From Alphaproteobacteria bacterium (GTDB lineage Bacteria > Pseudomonadota > Alphaproteobacteria > GCA-2731375), in contig CBDDBZ010000020.1 in assembly GCA_965225945.1 (NCBI GenBank), positions 58,368-122,367 on the forward strand: 64,000 nt of DNA. Direction: 5' to 3'. The notes under the pieces are model-generated. The model saw only the letters and a program-made list of their open reading frames with translations. It was not told the origin of the DNA and made no database searches. This document shows positions 40,686 through 53,246 of this stretch, in pieces. Position numbers and translations under genes: made by a program. Position 1 is the first letter of the stretch. Each line of letters starts with the position of its first letter.

Positions 40686-41474
40686 CTACGCCGGCGGCGG
40701 TTCCCCGCGGTCCTGCGCGCCGGCCTTGCCGGCTCGCCGCCGGCGGCGCTCGGCGCTGCGCTGCTTCTGGCGTTCCTCGGCCTCCTTGCGGCGCCAGGAC
40801 TCGGCGTCGATGGCGATGATCTCGGCGTTGTGGACGAGGCGGTCGACCAGGGCGACGAGGCAGGCGGCGTTGGGGAAGGCCTCACCCCACTCGGCGAAGG
40901 GCCGGTTGGTGGTGATTATGGTGGAGTTCTGCTGGCTGCGGCTGGAGACGATGTTGAACAGCAGATCGGCATGGCGGTTGCTGTAGGACAGGTATCCGAC
41001 CTCGTCGATCACCAGCAGGTGCTGGCGGGCGTAGAAGCGCAGCCTGCGCTGAAGCAGGGTGTCGCTGTCGAGGGCGGCGAGCTCGCCGAGCATGCTGGCC
41101 GCGGTGGCGAAGCGCACGGTGTGGCCCTCGAGGACGGCGCGGTGGGCGATATTGGCGGCGATGGTCGACTTGCCGACGCCGTTTGGGCCGACCAGGACGA
41201 CGTTGGCGGCCTCGTTGAGGAACTCGAGGCTCATGAGATCCTCGACGGCCATGCGGTCGCAGCGGCGCGGCCATGCCCAGTCGAAGTCGGCGAGCGGCTT
41301 GAACTGTCCGAGGCGGGCGTCGCCGAGGCGGCGCTTGAGGCTGCGGCTTCGCCGTTCCTCCTCTTCCCAGGCGACCAGCGCAGCGGGCCAGTCATGCCCG
41401 GCGACCTCGCCCCAGTGGGCGGCGAGGCCGTGCAGGCCGAGCGCCCGGGCACGGCCCATGAGGGTATCGTTCAT
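40686..41474 (-). CDS. istB: IS21 helper ATPase IstB
   Basis: [27 protein letters not shown]. Confidence 0.93.
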   Translation of the reverse strand: MNDTLMGRARALGLHGLAAHWGEVAGHDWPAALVAWEEEERRSRSLKRRLGDARLGQFKPLADFDWAWPRRCDRMAVEDLMSLEFLNEAANVVLVGPNGVGKSTIAANIAHRAVLEGHTVRFATAASMLGELAALDSDTLLQRRLRFYARQHLLVIDEVGYLSYSNRHADLLFNIVSSRSQQNSTIITTNRPFAEWGEAFPNAACLVALVDRLVHNAEIIAIDAESWRRKEAEERQKQRSAERRRRRAGKAGAQDRGEPPPA

Positions 41475-42976
41475 TGCTCGCTGTCCTCCTCGGGTTCGCC
41501 GGCCAGCCCGTCGTATCCGACGAGGTCGTGATCGCGGACAGTGATGTCGCGCACTCTCGGATCGCCGGGCAGTTCGACGGGGATGGGCGGGGGTTGGTGC
41601 CGCAGCTCGCGCCGCCGGGTCAGGCTCAGGCGCACGGCGTTGGGATGGGGAACGTCCCGCTTCAGGGCCTCGTCGATGGCCGCCTCGAGCTCGGCGGCGC
41701 CGTAGGCGTCGAGGAGGCGCAACAGGGCGGCGACGGTGGCGCCTATATAGCCGCCGCGCTGGGCGGCCTCGGCGAGCAGGCGCTCGCTGTTGGGCGCGGC
41801 CTGGACCAGCCGGTCCTGGCCGCGAAGGCGGCGGGCATGGCTCTTGCGCCTGACCAGCTCGGCGATGTGCTCGGGGTTCTCGATGCGGGCCGCCTTGTCG
41901 AAGCTGCGCGGATGGCTGGCGATGACGTCCACACCGTCGAGGATGCGCACCTCGTCGAGCGTCGCGACCACGACGAGGGTGCGCCGCACATGGGTGTGCG
42001 GCACGCTGTAATCGTTGAGATCGAAGCGGGCGTAGGGGGTCTTGCCGATGGCGACCTCGACCCGGTCGTGGTCGGGGAAGGGATCGCCGGGCAGCGCGAT
42101 GAGAGAGCCGCGTTCCCGCTCGAAGGCCTCGCGCACGGTGATCGAGCGGTCTTCGGGCCAGGGGCGGTCGGCGGCGATGCCGTGGCACCAGGCCAGGGCC
42201 TGGGCGTTGAGATCGTCGATATCGCGCCACCGGCGGGCGGCGAAGAAGCTGGTCCGGACATAGCGAATCGCCCGCTCCACGCGCCCCTTCTCGTTGCCGC
42301 GCGCGACCGCGACGGGCTTGGGCAGGAAGTGGTAGTGGCCGGCGAGGTCGAGGATCCGGGGATTGAACCGGATGGCGGCGCCGCGGCGCTCCAGCACGAC
42401 GCTCTTCAGGTTGTCGTACCAGAGCTCGCGGGGCACGCCCTGCCACGCCTCGAAGGCTTCGACATGGCCGCGCAGGAAGTTGCTCATCCCGGCGTCGAGG
42501 TAGAAGCGCAGGAAGATCCGCCGCGAGTAGCTGAGAACCATCACGAAGCCCATCAGGCGGCGCTCCGCGCGGCCGATCGTCACCTTGCCGAAGTGTCCCC
42601 AGTCGACCTGGGCCTGCTCGCCGGGAAGGGTCTTGAGGCGCAGATAGGCCTCGGCCACGGGCCTGGGCCTGAAGTGGCTGAGCAGATGACGGAAGTGGTC
42701 GCCGCCGCCCGGATAGCCGCGTTCGCGCACCATCTGGTAGAGCCGGCTGGCGGGCAGCGTCGGCCAGGATGCCAGCGTCTCGGCGATGAACGGCACGTAT
42801 GGATCGATCATCGACGGCCTGGGCGACCTCGCGTCCCGGGGCTCGCCGGCCGCGGTGAGGAGGCGCTCGACGGTGTAGCGATGCACGCCGAGCTGGCGTG
42901 TGATCGTGCCGACCGTCCACTTCTCGACGTGATACAGGCGCAGGATCTCCGCGCGGGTCTCCTTGTCGATGGTCAT
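41471..42976 (-). CDS. istA: IS21 transposase IstA
   Basis: [29 protein letters not shown]. Confidence 0.93.
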   Translation of the reverse strand: MTIDKETRAEILRLYHVEKWTVGTITRQLGVHRYTVERLLTAAGEPRDARSPRPSMIDPYVPFIAETLASWPTLPASRLYQMVRERGYPGGGDHFRHLLSHFRPRPVAEAYLRLKTLPGEQAQVDWGHFGKVTIGRAERRLMGFVMVLSYSRRIFLRFYLDAGMSNFLRGHVEAFEAWQGVPRELWYDNLKSVVLERRGAAIRFNPRILDLAGHYHFLPKPVAVARGNEKGRVERAIRYVRTSFFAARRWRDIDDLNAQALAWCHGIAADRPWPEDRSITVREAFERERGSLIALPGDPFPDHDRVEVAIGKTPYARFDLNDYSVPHTHVRRTLVVVATLDEVRILDGVDVIASHPRSFDKAARIENPEHIAELVRRKSHARRLRGQDRLVQAAPNSERLLAEAAQRGGYIGATVAALLRLLDAYGAAELEAAIDEALKRDVPHPNAVRLSLTRRRELRHQPPPIPVELPGDPRVRDITVRDHDLVGYDGLAGEPEEDSEQ

Positions 42977-43413
42977 CTCACCCCCTTTCCCGTCGGGCGC
43001 AGCCCCGGATAGACCGCCTGCCCGCAGAACCGGCCGCAGCGATCGCAGCGGAAGACCCTGGCGGGCCGCTCGTGCCCGAAGGGCCGTGTTCCGGGACGCC
43101 CTGCCGGCGTCCGCACCACAACAGGACGCCGCCGCGCGGCGGTCAAAGGGTGATGCGTCACTTCCTGCCCGCGGCGCCGATTCACCGGCGTCCGGCGCCG
43201 CCGGCGTTCGCGATAGCGCCGCTGGCGCTCAGCATGCTTGTGACGGCCCCGCCGGCTGTTCTGGTAGCGCTGCCCGGCATGGCGCTGCGATCGCCGGCGC
43301 ACCCGATCGCTGCAGCTCCGTGAACAGTAGATGTTGCCGTGGTCGCAGTGCCGGCAGAGAACCACCTGTTGATGGCACGAGGCGCAGTTGAACAGGCGGG
43401 CGGTGTTCTTCAT
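42973..43413 (-). CDS. Cys/Arg-rich accessory protein of IS21 element
   Basis: CASC...[28 protein letters not shown]; ATGA overlap with istA. Confidence 0.7.
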   Translation of the reverse strand: MKNTARLFNCASCHQQVVLCRHCDHGNIYCSRSCSDRVRRRSQRHAGQRYQNSRRGRHKHAERQRRYRERRRRRTPVNRRRGQEVTHHPLTAARRRPVVVRTPAGRPGTRPFGHERPARVFRCDRCGRFCGQAVYPGLRPTGKGVR

Positions 43414-43814
43414 CGCGCAGCCGATGAGAACGGGGTGGACCCACGCCCAAACCCGCACGATACTGCGCATATGGGTCGTGCCTTGCATGGCTCGGGGGGT
43501 GCGGTGCCGGTCGTTGCCAGCAAGCAAACGGGGCCGGCGCCGCATCGTTCTCAGCGGCCCGAGTGTACTCCCGCGGCTCCCCTTGTCAGGTCCGCGGAAC
43601 CGCCGCCGCCAGCCAGCCAAAACAGGAATCGAGACGCCCGCCCGCGGTGGATAAGCAGCCCGCCGCCGCCAGACTCTTGGCGGTCGCCGCGGCGGGCTAC
43701 TTACCCACCGCTGCGCCGAGCCAACTCCCGCCTGCAAACCACGCAGCTACAGCGCCACGATGCCCGATGTCGCTGAAATCACCATCTAAGCGCGGTTTTT
43801 CATCGCCACCGACA

Positions 43815-44608
43815 TCCAGCTTCTTGTGCCCCAGTAGAACCTGGATCACGCGGATGTCGACGCCCTGTTCGAGGAGATGGGTGGCGAAGCAGTGGCGCAG
43901 CGTGTGAAGCGAGATCCGCTTCTCGATCCCCGCCCCCGCCTTGGCGCCATCGAGGGCGCGACGGAGCTGGCGGGTGGTCAACGGGTTGACCGGGTTCTGG
44001 CCTGGAAACAGCCAACCGCCGGGCAGCATCACGCCGCGGGCGCGGCCAAGCAACCACCAGACCCTGAGCTGCTCGGCGGCGCGATCCGAGAGCATGGCGT
44101 AGCGATCTCGGCGGCCCTTACCTTGCTCGATGCGAAGCGTCTTGCGGTTGCTGTCGATGTCCGGGACCTTGAGATGGACCACCTCCGAAGCGCGCAGGCC
44201 GGCGCCATAGGCCAGCGAAAAGGCCGCCTTGTATTTGGGACCGGGGGCGGCATCGAGAAGCCGCGCCATTTCCTCGACGCTCAGGATCACCGGCAGCTTG
44301 CGCGGCATTGCCACCGTCGTCATGCCGATCTCGGCGTCGCCTCGGCCGAGCGTGACGCCGAAGAAGAACCGCAATGCCGAGACCGCCGCGTTCATCGTCG
44401 TCGCCGATGCGCCTGCTTTGCGCATATGCACTTGATAGCGCCTGAGATCCTCCGCCTCCGCCCGATCCGGAGAGCGTGCGAGAAAGTCGGAAAAGCCGGC
44501 CACCGCACTGATGTAGCCGCGCTGCGTGTTGGCACTGAAGCCGCGAAGCACCATGTCGTCGATCATGCGCTGGCGCAGCGGGCTGATGGTCTTGTCACTA
44601 TCGGTCAT
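43815..44608 (-). pseudogene. tyrosine recombinase of IS91-like element, C-terminus cut by IS21
   Basis: SPLRQRMIDDM, YGAGLRASE, HTLRHCFATHLLE, LGHKKLD then IS end; catalytic Tyr lost. Confidence 0.85.
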
Positions 44609-44802
44609 GGGTCTGCTCCCGTGTTGCGTGAGCTTCGGAACTCCAAACCTCAACACAGGATCGACCCATCCGTTACGCCACCGACCTCACCGCCCGGCAC
44701 CACGAACTACCGCTGAAAGCGGTTTCGTTCGTTGGGCCATTGAGGCCCCGCGAGCCCATGCGAGCGAAGCCAAGCGCCCGGATGGGCGCGCCCGGCGTCT
44801 GA

Positions 44803-45990
<1,188 letters not shown>

Positions 45991-46072
45991 AAGGCAGCCG
46001 AGGGCGCCCTCGCCGCCTCGCGCGCCCCGCTGCCATGATCGAGCGCGCCCGGCCGGGCGTGGGGAGAGTGAA

Positions 46073-47272
46073 ATGCAACGCAGCACGAAGCGCATTCTGA
46101 CGACGCATGTGGGCAGCCTGCCCAGGCCCGCCGATCTGGTGGCGCTGATCCGCGACAGGCTCGCCGGCCGGGCGGTCGACGAGGCCGCCTTCGAGGCCCG
46201 GGTCGAGAGCGCGGTGGCCGAGACCATTCGCCTCCAGGCCGAGCGCGGGATCGACGTCGTCAGCGACGGCGAGATGGGCCGCATCGGCTTCATCCCCTAC
46301 ATCAACGAGAGACTGCGGGGCTTCGAACCCAATACAGGGCCCTCCTACGTCCCCGGTGGCAGCTATTGGGGCCAATCGCGCGAGGTGAAGGCCTTTCCCG
46401 GGTTCTACGAATGGGCCGCCAAGCTGCCGGGAACGGCCGGCGACGTCGGTCCCACGCGCTGGGTCTGCACCGGGCCGATTTCCTACCAGGGCCAGGCGGC
46501 GATCCAAGCCGACATCGCGCGGCTGCGCCGCGCGCTCGACGGCGTCGACGGGCAAGAGGCCTTCATCCCCGCGATCTCCCCCGCCAACATCGAGGACTGG
46601 CACTCGAACGAGCATTACGGCAGCCAGGAAGACTATCTGGCGGCGATCGTCGAGGCCTTGCGCGAGGAGTATCTCGCCATCGTCGAGGCCGGCTTCCTGC
46701 TGCAGATCGACGATCCGCTGCTGGCGACCTATTACGTGCTGCACCCGGAGCTCTCGGTCGCCGAATGCCGGGCCTGGGCGGAGCGCCGGGTCGAGGCCCT
46801 GAATTACGGCTTGCGCGGCATCCCGCAGGAGAGGATCCGCTACCACACCTGCTATTCCATCAACATGGGTCCCCGGGTCCACGACATGGAGCTGAAGGAC
46901 ATCATCGACATCATGGTGAAGGTCAACGCCGGGGCCTATTCCTTCGAGGCGGCGAACCCCCGCCACGAGCACGAATGGCGGCTTTGGGCCGAGGTCGACC
47001 TGCCGGAGGGCAAATCGCTGGTGCCGGGCGTGATCACCCACAGCTCCGTGCTGGTGGAGCATCCCGAGACCATCGCCGAGCGGCTGGAGCGCTTCGCCCA
47101 GGTGGTCGGCGCCGAGAACGTCATCGCCGGCGCCGACTGCGGCTTCGCCAGCTTCGCCACCACCTTCGAATGCCATCCCGAGGTGGTCTGGGCCAAGCTC
47201 GCCGCGCTTGGCCAGGGTGCCGCCATCGCCTCGAAGCGGCTCTGGTCCGGCCGAGGCCGGCCGGCCGAATGA
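46073..47272 (+). CDS. cobalamin-independent methionine synthase II family protein
   Basis: TTHVGSLPRP, SDGE, LQIDDP, HTC, DCGF Zn ligands. Confidence 0.92.
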   Translation: MQRSTKRILTTHVGSLPRPADLVALIRDRLAGRAVDEAAFEARVESAVAETIRLQAERGIDVVSDGEMGRIGFIPYINERLRGFEPNTGPSYVPGGSYWGQSREVKAFPGFYEWAAKLPGTAGDVGPTRWVCTGPISYQGQAAIQADIARLRRALDGVDGQEAFIPAISPANIEDWHSNEHYGSQEDYLAAIVEALREEYLAIVEAGFLLQIDDPLLATYYVLHPELSVAECRAWAERRVEALNYGLRGIPQERIRYHTCYSINMGPRVHDMELKDIIDIMVKVNAGAYSFEAANPRHEHEWRLWAEVDLPEGKSLVPGVITHSSVLVEHPETIAERLERFAQVVGAENVIAGADCGFASFATTFECHPEVVWAKLAALGQGAAIASKRLWSGRGRPAE

Positions 47273-47350
47273 GCTTTTCACGGACCCCTCTCGGCTACTT
47301 GAAAGCAAGTGTCTTCGCCCCTCCCATCTCGTGACCGAGACTTAATGTTA

Positions 47351-48374
47351 GGCTCAATTCGCGAATTGTATGCATTAGTGACAGGGTGCCTGGAACGTCA
47401 GGAGGTTGGGTTATGGACGGCAAGGGTTTCCAGGTGTGGCTTTCGGCGGCGCGCGGGCTGACGCGCGCGCATCGGCGCGAGGCGCTCGCGGTGCTGTCGG
47501 GCCGGAGCGAGGGCGAGGCATCGAAGGCCGCGATCGAGCTTGGTGTGGACGAGGCCCGGCGCTGTCCGCACTGCGCGAGCGAAGGGGCGGTTTCGCGCGG
47601 TATGGCGCGGGGTCTGCAGCGCTACCAGTGCAAGGGCTGCGGCAGGACCTTCAACGCGCTGAGCGGTACGCCGCTGTCGGGCTTGCACCACAAGGAACGC
47701 TGGCTGTCGATCGGGGCGTCGCTGGCGAAGGGGGAGACGGTGAAGGCGTCGGCGGCGCGCTGCGACGTGGCGGTGAGCACGGCGTTCCGCTGGCGTCACC
47801 GGTTTCTGGCGGCGGCGCGGAGCGATTCGGAGGTGCTCAAGGGGATCGTGGAAGCGACGAGACCTACGTCCTGGAGAGCCGGAAGGGCGCGCGCGGGCTG
47901 GGGCGCAAGGCACGGCGGCGGGGCGGCAAGGCGAAGAAGCGCGGCCTCTCGCGCGAGCAGGTACCGGTTCTCATGGCGGCGGACCGGAGCGGAACGACGG
48001 TCAGCGCGGTGCTGCCCAGGGTCGATGCGGCGGCGCTCACGGCTGCCCTCGACCCGGTGGTCGCGAAGGACGCCCTGCTGGTCTCCGACGGCGGCGCGAG
48101 CTACCCACCGTGCGCCGCCGCGCTCGGGGTGAGCCACGAAGCACTCAACCGCTCGATGGGGGAACGGGTTCGGGGCGATCTGCATGTGCAGACGGTGAAC
48201 AGCCGCCACAGCCGGTTGAAGGACTTCCTGCGTCCCCGCCGCGGCATCGCCACCCGCTATCTGGACAACTACCTGAGCTGGTTCCACCTCGTCGGCCTCG
48301 CCCCCGGCGCCAATGACCGAGCCTGCCTCGCCGCCGCCGTAACAAGGTGACGCATACAATTCACGAATTGAGCC
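47351..48374 (+). mobile_element. IS1595-family element
   Basis: IRs GGCTCAATTCGCGAATTGTATGC / GCATACAATTCACGAATTGAGCC, 8-bp DR TAATGTTA. Confidence 0.92.
47413..48350 (+). pseudogene. IS1595 transposase, frameshift near 47855
   Basis: CPHC...CKGC Zn finger, GIVEA|DETY split across frames, VNSRHSRLK, YLDNYL. Confidence 0.85.
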
Positions 48375-48380
48375 TAATGT

Positions 48381-48457
48381 TAAGCGTTGTCGGACACCTG
48401 CCGAGGCGCAGGGGTTGCATCCGGCGGACTGGATCGGCAGGTGTCGGACAACGCTTA
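48381..48457. repeat. 24-bp inverted repeat at downstream end of IS91-like element
   Basis: TAAGCGTTGTCGGACACCTGCCGA ... TCGGCAGGTGTCGGACAACGCTTA (1 mismatch). Confidence 0.75.
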
Positions 48458-48730
48458 AGGGAGGAAACCGCGGGCAGGACTAGGCTCGGCGGTGCGGCAC
48501 GCTCGGTCTATGGGGATTTGCGAGCGGCGGGCCAGCTTTCTCGGGTGGCCGGCGCTGCTGGATGGCTCGGATCTGATTGGCGACGACACCGGCAGGGTGG
48601 TTTGATGGCGACTTCGGGTCGATGCCGGCGGGTCTCGCAGGTGGTTCCCTGCGCGCTCGATGGTGTTGCGGCGAGCGGGATCGTGGCCGCGGGTGAGCGG
48701 CGGCAATAGCGTTATTCGAAGCGGTGTCGG

Positions 48731-49236
48731 TCATGCTGCCGTGGCCCTGGCCAGGGGCCGTGCACGGGGCGGGGCGCGTGGTTGGGCGCCGGCCTCGAAG
48801 CGCTCGATGACGATCATACGGCCGCCGCACTGCGGGCAGGGCTCTGAGAGGGACGGCGGTTCGGTATCATCGTCACTCGCGGCATCGTCGGCCTCACTCT
48901 CCGGTGCCGGCATGGCAAGCAGTTCGCGGGCAAGGGAGATGTTGCGGGTGCGACCGCCGTTGGCGAAGAGGCCGTAATGGCGGATGCGGTGAAAGCCCGA
49001 GGGCAGGACATGGAGGAGGAAGCGGCGGATGAACTCGGGCACGGCCAGGGGCAAGGTCTTGTAGCGCTCGCGTCCTTTGCGCCGGTAGTCCTTGTACTTG
49101 AAGATGACGCCTTGGCTGTCGCAGCTGACCAGGCGGCTGTTCGAGATGGCGACACGGTGGGTGTAGCGGGAGAGATAGGCGAGCACGGCCTCTGGTCCGC
49201 CGAAGGGCGGCTTGGCGTAGACGACCCATTCTTGTT
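48731..49236 (-). pseudogene. IS91-family (Y2) transposase C-terminal fragment
   Basis: YLSRYTHRVAISNSRL, FIRRFLLHVLPSGFHRIRHYG, CPQCGG. Confidence 0.88.
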
Positions 49237-50084
49237 CCTGATTACGCACTAACCTCAGCCAACTTCAGGAGCCGATATGGCATGGGCGGCGTGCGCAGGG
49301 CATCGCGGCCGAGGGCTTCGATCATGTCGGCGAGCCGGTAGCGGCGGTTGTATCGGTACTGGAACGCCGCCAGATAGCGCGGCACATGCTTGGGTCGGAT
49401 CGCATGGTAGGTACCGCGCAGGGTGTTTTTGAGGTTGCCGAGGGTGGTGTTGACCCATTTGAAGGCGGGCACGGCGACGGCCCCGGGTCCGGAGCCGGTG
49501 GGTATCGGATGGTGCGCACAGCCTTACGCGGTGACCGCGGTGAAGCAGCCGAGCCCATCGCTGACAACCGTCGCCAGCGGGCTCAGGTCGCGCTTGGCCA
49601 TCTTGGCGATCTCGCTCTTGCGGAAGCCCTTGACGCGGCGGAGCTTGATGCGCACGGGCTGGCCCTCCTTCGTGGTCTGGACGGCGGCGACGAACGGCGT
49701 CTTGCCCGGCGCGCCTCGGCCGCGCTTGGCCCCGGAACGCCGGCCGCCGAGGTAGGCATCGTCCATCTCCACCCGCCCGGTGAGCGGCAATTTGGCATCG
49801 CGCTCGAGCATGGACTGCATCAGTTTCTGCTTGATCTTCCAGGCCGTGGTCTGGGTGACGCCGAGCCGCCGGCCGAGTTCGAGGGAGGAGATCCCTTTCT
49901 TCGATTGGGTCATGTGATAGATCGCCGAGAACCACAGGGTCAGCGCCAGCTTGGTCGCGTGGAAGAGCGTGCCGGCGGTCAGCGAGACTTGATGACGGCA
50001 GGCGGCGCATTGGTAGAGTTTTCGCCCGGCGATCTCGCAATGGCGCGTGGCGCCGCATCGGGGGCAGGAGAATCCCTCCGGATT
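49237..50084 (-). pseudogene. IS1595-family (ISSod11-like) element, 5' truncated, nonsense at 49524
   Basis: GFSCPRC, EMDDAYLGG, SDGLGCF, WVNTTLGNLK; end CCTGATTAC. Confidence 0.85.
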
Positions 50085-51416
50085 GAGCAACCTGATGTGT
50101 GGAAATTCGGAACGCCGTTGATCAGTCATCCTCTGCTTTCCAAGTGATGTAGGGTTTTTCGGTGGTTTCCCATTTCTCGTCGATTTCGACGAGGATGGCG
50201 GTGACCAGACGTTCGAGCGAGGCCTCGTTGGGAAAGACCCTGACCTTTACGGTGCGGCGCTTGATCTCCTGCTGGATGGATCGCTCCATGGGGTTCGAGG
50301 TTCGCATGCGCTTTTGGTGGCGCTCGGGCAGGGCGAAGACGGCGAGGCCCTCGGGGATCGCCGTCTCCAGCCAATCGGCGAGCTTGGGGGCGCTGTCGCG
50401 GTAGGCCGCCACCAGATGGCCCAGCTCGGCCTCGGCGGCCTTGCCGTCGGCGGCGTTCCAGACCCGGCGCAGCTCCTTGCCGATGGCCTTTCGGATGGCG
50501 AGGTTGGGGGCGTGATGGATGGCGTTTTGAGCCAGATGGTACTGACAGCGCTGCCAGACGGCGCCGCCGAGGACGGCCTTGCGCGCGGCGCCGAGGCCTG
50601 GATGATCATCGGAAACGATATAGGCGACACCGCGCATGCCACCGGCAACCAGGGTCTCCAGGAAGGCGCGCCAGTGCACTTCGGCCTCGGAGAGCGCACA
50701 GGAAACACCGAGCACCCGGCGGCGCTGGTCGGGGCCGATGCCGATCACCGAGAGCACGGCGGCGTCGCGCACCACGCCACCCTCTCGGACTTTCTCATAG
50801 CGCGCGTCGAGGAGCAGGTAGCGGATCTCGCCCAGCGGCCGGTTGCGCCAGGCATCCAGCTCCCCATCCAAGAGCTTGGCGGCGCGGCTGACCTGGCTCG
50901 ACGACAGGCTCTCCAGGCCGAACTCGCGCATCACCGCCTCGGCGTCACGGGTGGAGACGCCTTTGATATACATCTCCGCCACGGCCAGCATGACAGCGCG
51001 GCAGGAGCGCCGTCCGCGCTCCAGGGCTTGGGGGTAAAAAGGCGCCTCATGACCGGCGGTCTTGGGAGCCTCGAGCCTCACCGTACCGGCCGGGGTGTCG
51101 ATCTTCTTGGGTCTGGTGCCGTTGGCGTATCCCCGCCGCTCGGGCGTGCGCTCATAGTGGCCGGCGCCCAAGAACCTCTCCCGCTCGATCCGCATGGCGA
51201 GATTGAAAAGGCCGGCGAAGACCGTCGCCATGTTCTCGCTACCGCCTTCGATCAATTGTTCCACCAAAGCCTCGACAGCGCTATCCTGGTCTTTCCGCAT
51301 ACTGGTTCTCCATGTTTGTTTGGACGCTTTCATGGATAACCAAAATGACGGATCGCCCCGCGCCGGGGTATACCCCGGCGCGGGGCGAAGCCAAATTTCC
51401 AGACCTCACGCTACAC
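50085..51416 (-). mobile_element. IS256-family element
   Basis: IRs GAGCAACCTGATGTGTGGAAATT / GTGTAGCGTGAGGTCTGGAAATT; no DR. Confidence 0.85.
50122..51300 (-). CDS. IS256 transposase
   Basis: LLDARYEKVR, SDDHPGL, QRCQYH, RTSNPMER. Confidence 0.92.
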   Translation of the reverse strand: MRKDQDSAVEALVEQLIEGGSENMATVFAGLFNLAMRIERERFLGAGHYERTPERRGYANGTRPKKIDTPAGTVRLEAPKTAGHEAPFYPQALERGRRSCRAVMLAVAEMYIKGVSTRDAEAVMREFGLESLSSSQVSRAAKLLDGELDAWRNRPLGEIRYLLLDARYEKVREGGVVRDAAVLSVIGIGPDQRRRVLGVSCALSEAEVHWRAFLETLVAGGMRGVAYIVSDDHPGLGAARKAVLGGAVWQRCQYHLAQNAIHHAPNLAIRKAIGKELRRVWNAADGKAAEAELGHLVAAYRDSAPKLADWLETAIPEGLAVFALPERHQKRMRTSNPMERSIQQEIKRRTVKVRVFPNEASLERLVTAILVEIDEKWETTEKPYITWKAEDD

Positions 51417-52410
51417 AAGCGGCCTGGATCGCCTCTTCCTTTACGGCATGGGGGTGGACAGCTTGAGCGGAACCATCCCCGAAAGCGTCTTCGTGGCGTT
51501 CCAGATGACCTTTGCAATCATCTCGCCGGCGCTGATTTGCGGAGCCTTCGCCGATCGAATGAAGTTCCCGGCCTTGATGATCTTCACCGTGCTTTGGATC
51601 GTCCTCGTCTACGCGCCGATCTGCCACTGGGTTTGGGGCGGCGGCTTCCTGGGCGATGCCGGCGTCCTCGACTTCGCCGGTGGCACGGTGGTCCACATCA
51701 ACGCCGGCGTCGCCGGTTTGGTGGCCGCCATCGTGATCGGCCCACGCTTGGGCTATGGCAAGGAATATCTGGCCCCGCATAGTCTGGTCTTGAGCTTCGT
51801 CGGCGCTTCGTTGTTGTGGGTGGGATGGCTCGGCTTCAATGCCGGCTCCGCGCTCGCCTCCGACGGCGCCGCCGGCATGGCCCTGCTGGTAACCCAGATC
51901 GCGGCGGCGGCGGCGGCGCTGAGCTGGGCCTTGGTGGAATGGCTCGTTCGCCGCCAGGCCAGCGGTCTCGGCATCATCTCCGGCGCGGTGGGTGGCTTGG
52001 TCGCGATCACGCCGGCCGCGGGCTTCGTCGGCCCGATGGGGGCACTGGCCATCGGCCTCTGCGCCGGCGCGGCATGCTATTGGGGTGCCGTCACGCTGAA
52101 GCGTTGGGGCAAGTATGACGACTCGCTCGACGCCTTCGGCGTGCATGGGGTCGGCGGCATCGTTGGCGCGGTGCTCACCGGGGTCTTTGCCGTGGAGGCG
52201 ATTGGCGGCACGCCGGGCGTGATCGAAGGCAATCTGGGCCAGCTTTGGCTACAGGTCTATGGCGTCCTCGCCACCGTCGTCTACTGCGGCATCGTCACTT
52301 TCGTGATTTTGAAGGTTGTCGATCTCGTCATCGGCCTCCGCGTGGATGAACAGGTGGAGTTGGAAGGGCTGGATGTGCGACTGCACGGGGAGCGCGGCTA
52401 TGAGATGTAG
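51417..52410 (+). pseudogene. amtB: ammonium transporter, 5' truncated by IS256
   Basis: FQMTFAII, DFAGGTVVHINAG, GWLGFNAGS, DDSLDAFGVHG, HGERGY; first helices missing. Confidence 0.9.
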
Positions 52411-52469
52411 CCGGCCGACGGCGGAGAAGCGCATCGGATATCGGCCATCACCGCATACGGGGTAGAGCA

Positions 52470-52772
52470 ATGAAATACGTGATCGCGATCGTTCAATCGC
52501 ACCGGTTGGAGACTATCCGCGAAGCCTTGGCGGTGCATGGCGTCGAGTCTCTGATCGTCGTCGAGGCGCGACGCTACGGCGCTCATGAGGAGCATCGCGA
52601 GTTCTATCGCGGCGCGGAATACGACGTGGGTTTCATGCCCAAGACCAAGACCAAGACCAAGATCGAGTTCGCGGTCTCGAGCGAGTTGGCGGATGAAGCC
52701 GTGCAAACTCTACGAGAGGCCGCCTTTACGGGAGAGATCGGAGATGGACGGATATTCGTCTTGAGTATCTGA
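52470..52772 (+). pseudogene. glnK: P-II nitrogen regulator, 3' truncated by IS3-like element
   Basis: YRGAEY, TGEIGDGRIFV; RIRTG tail missing, stop supplied by the IS end. Confidence 0.8.
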
Positions 52773-52814
52773 GTCGGACCCGATTTCCTTGGACACAGAA
52801 TTGGCTTAATCGAA

Positions 52815-53246
52815 GTGTCCAAGGAGGACCGGAACATGACCGACAATTTTGAGAACAAAGTTGCTGTTGATGGGCCTGTGGTAAACGAGGGCGAGCTTGG
52901 CTCGTCCACGTTTTCCCCGGGCCAGGTTTCGCCGGCAGGCCCGCTGGGACTTGGCCAGCGGTGGACGGTGACGCGCAAGCGTGAGGTTGCCCTGCGGCTT
53001 TTGCGTGGCGAGCCGGTGGAACTTTTGTCGCGGCAGTTGGGCGTGGAGATTTTCCGGCTCGAGCAGTGGCGTGAGAAGGCGATCGCCGGGATCGATGCCT
53101 CGCTCAAGGAACGCAAGGGCGATCCGGTAAAGGCGGAACTGGACATCGCCATGAAGCGGATCGGGGAGTTGATCATGCAGGTGGAACTGCTGGAGGCCAA
53201 GACGGAGACGTCCGGCCCTTTGGGGCGGCGGAGGTCGCGGCGATGA
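52815..53246 (+). CDS. IS3-family OrfA
   Basis: Identical protein to 23132-23563. Confidence 0.85.
   Translation: MSKEDRNMTDNFENKVAVDGPVVNEGELGSSTFSPGQVSPAGPLGLGQRWTVTRKREVALRLLRGEPVELLSRQLGVEIFRLEQWREKAIAGIDASLKERKGDPVKAELDIAMKRIGELIMQVELLEAKTETSGPLGRRRSRR

Larger units (their letters stand above)
39680..43814 (-). mobile_element. four-gene IS21-family element
   Basis: Ends TGTCGGTGGCGATG...GCGCTTAGATGGTG (43814) and TGTTAGCGGTGGTT...GCGCTTATATGGTG (39680); both flanking genes are cut at these points. Confidence 0.8.

Noticed and set aside
40686-42920. 744-aa IstB-containing fusion ORF
   Set aside because: The upstream part is an off-frame shadow of istA; istB starts at ATG 41474 in an ATGA overlap
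48375-48390. Integron attC or dif site at TAATGTTAAG
   Set aside because: It is the IS1595 target duplication; there is no second arm, cassette array or IntI
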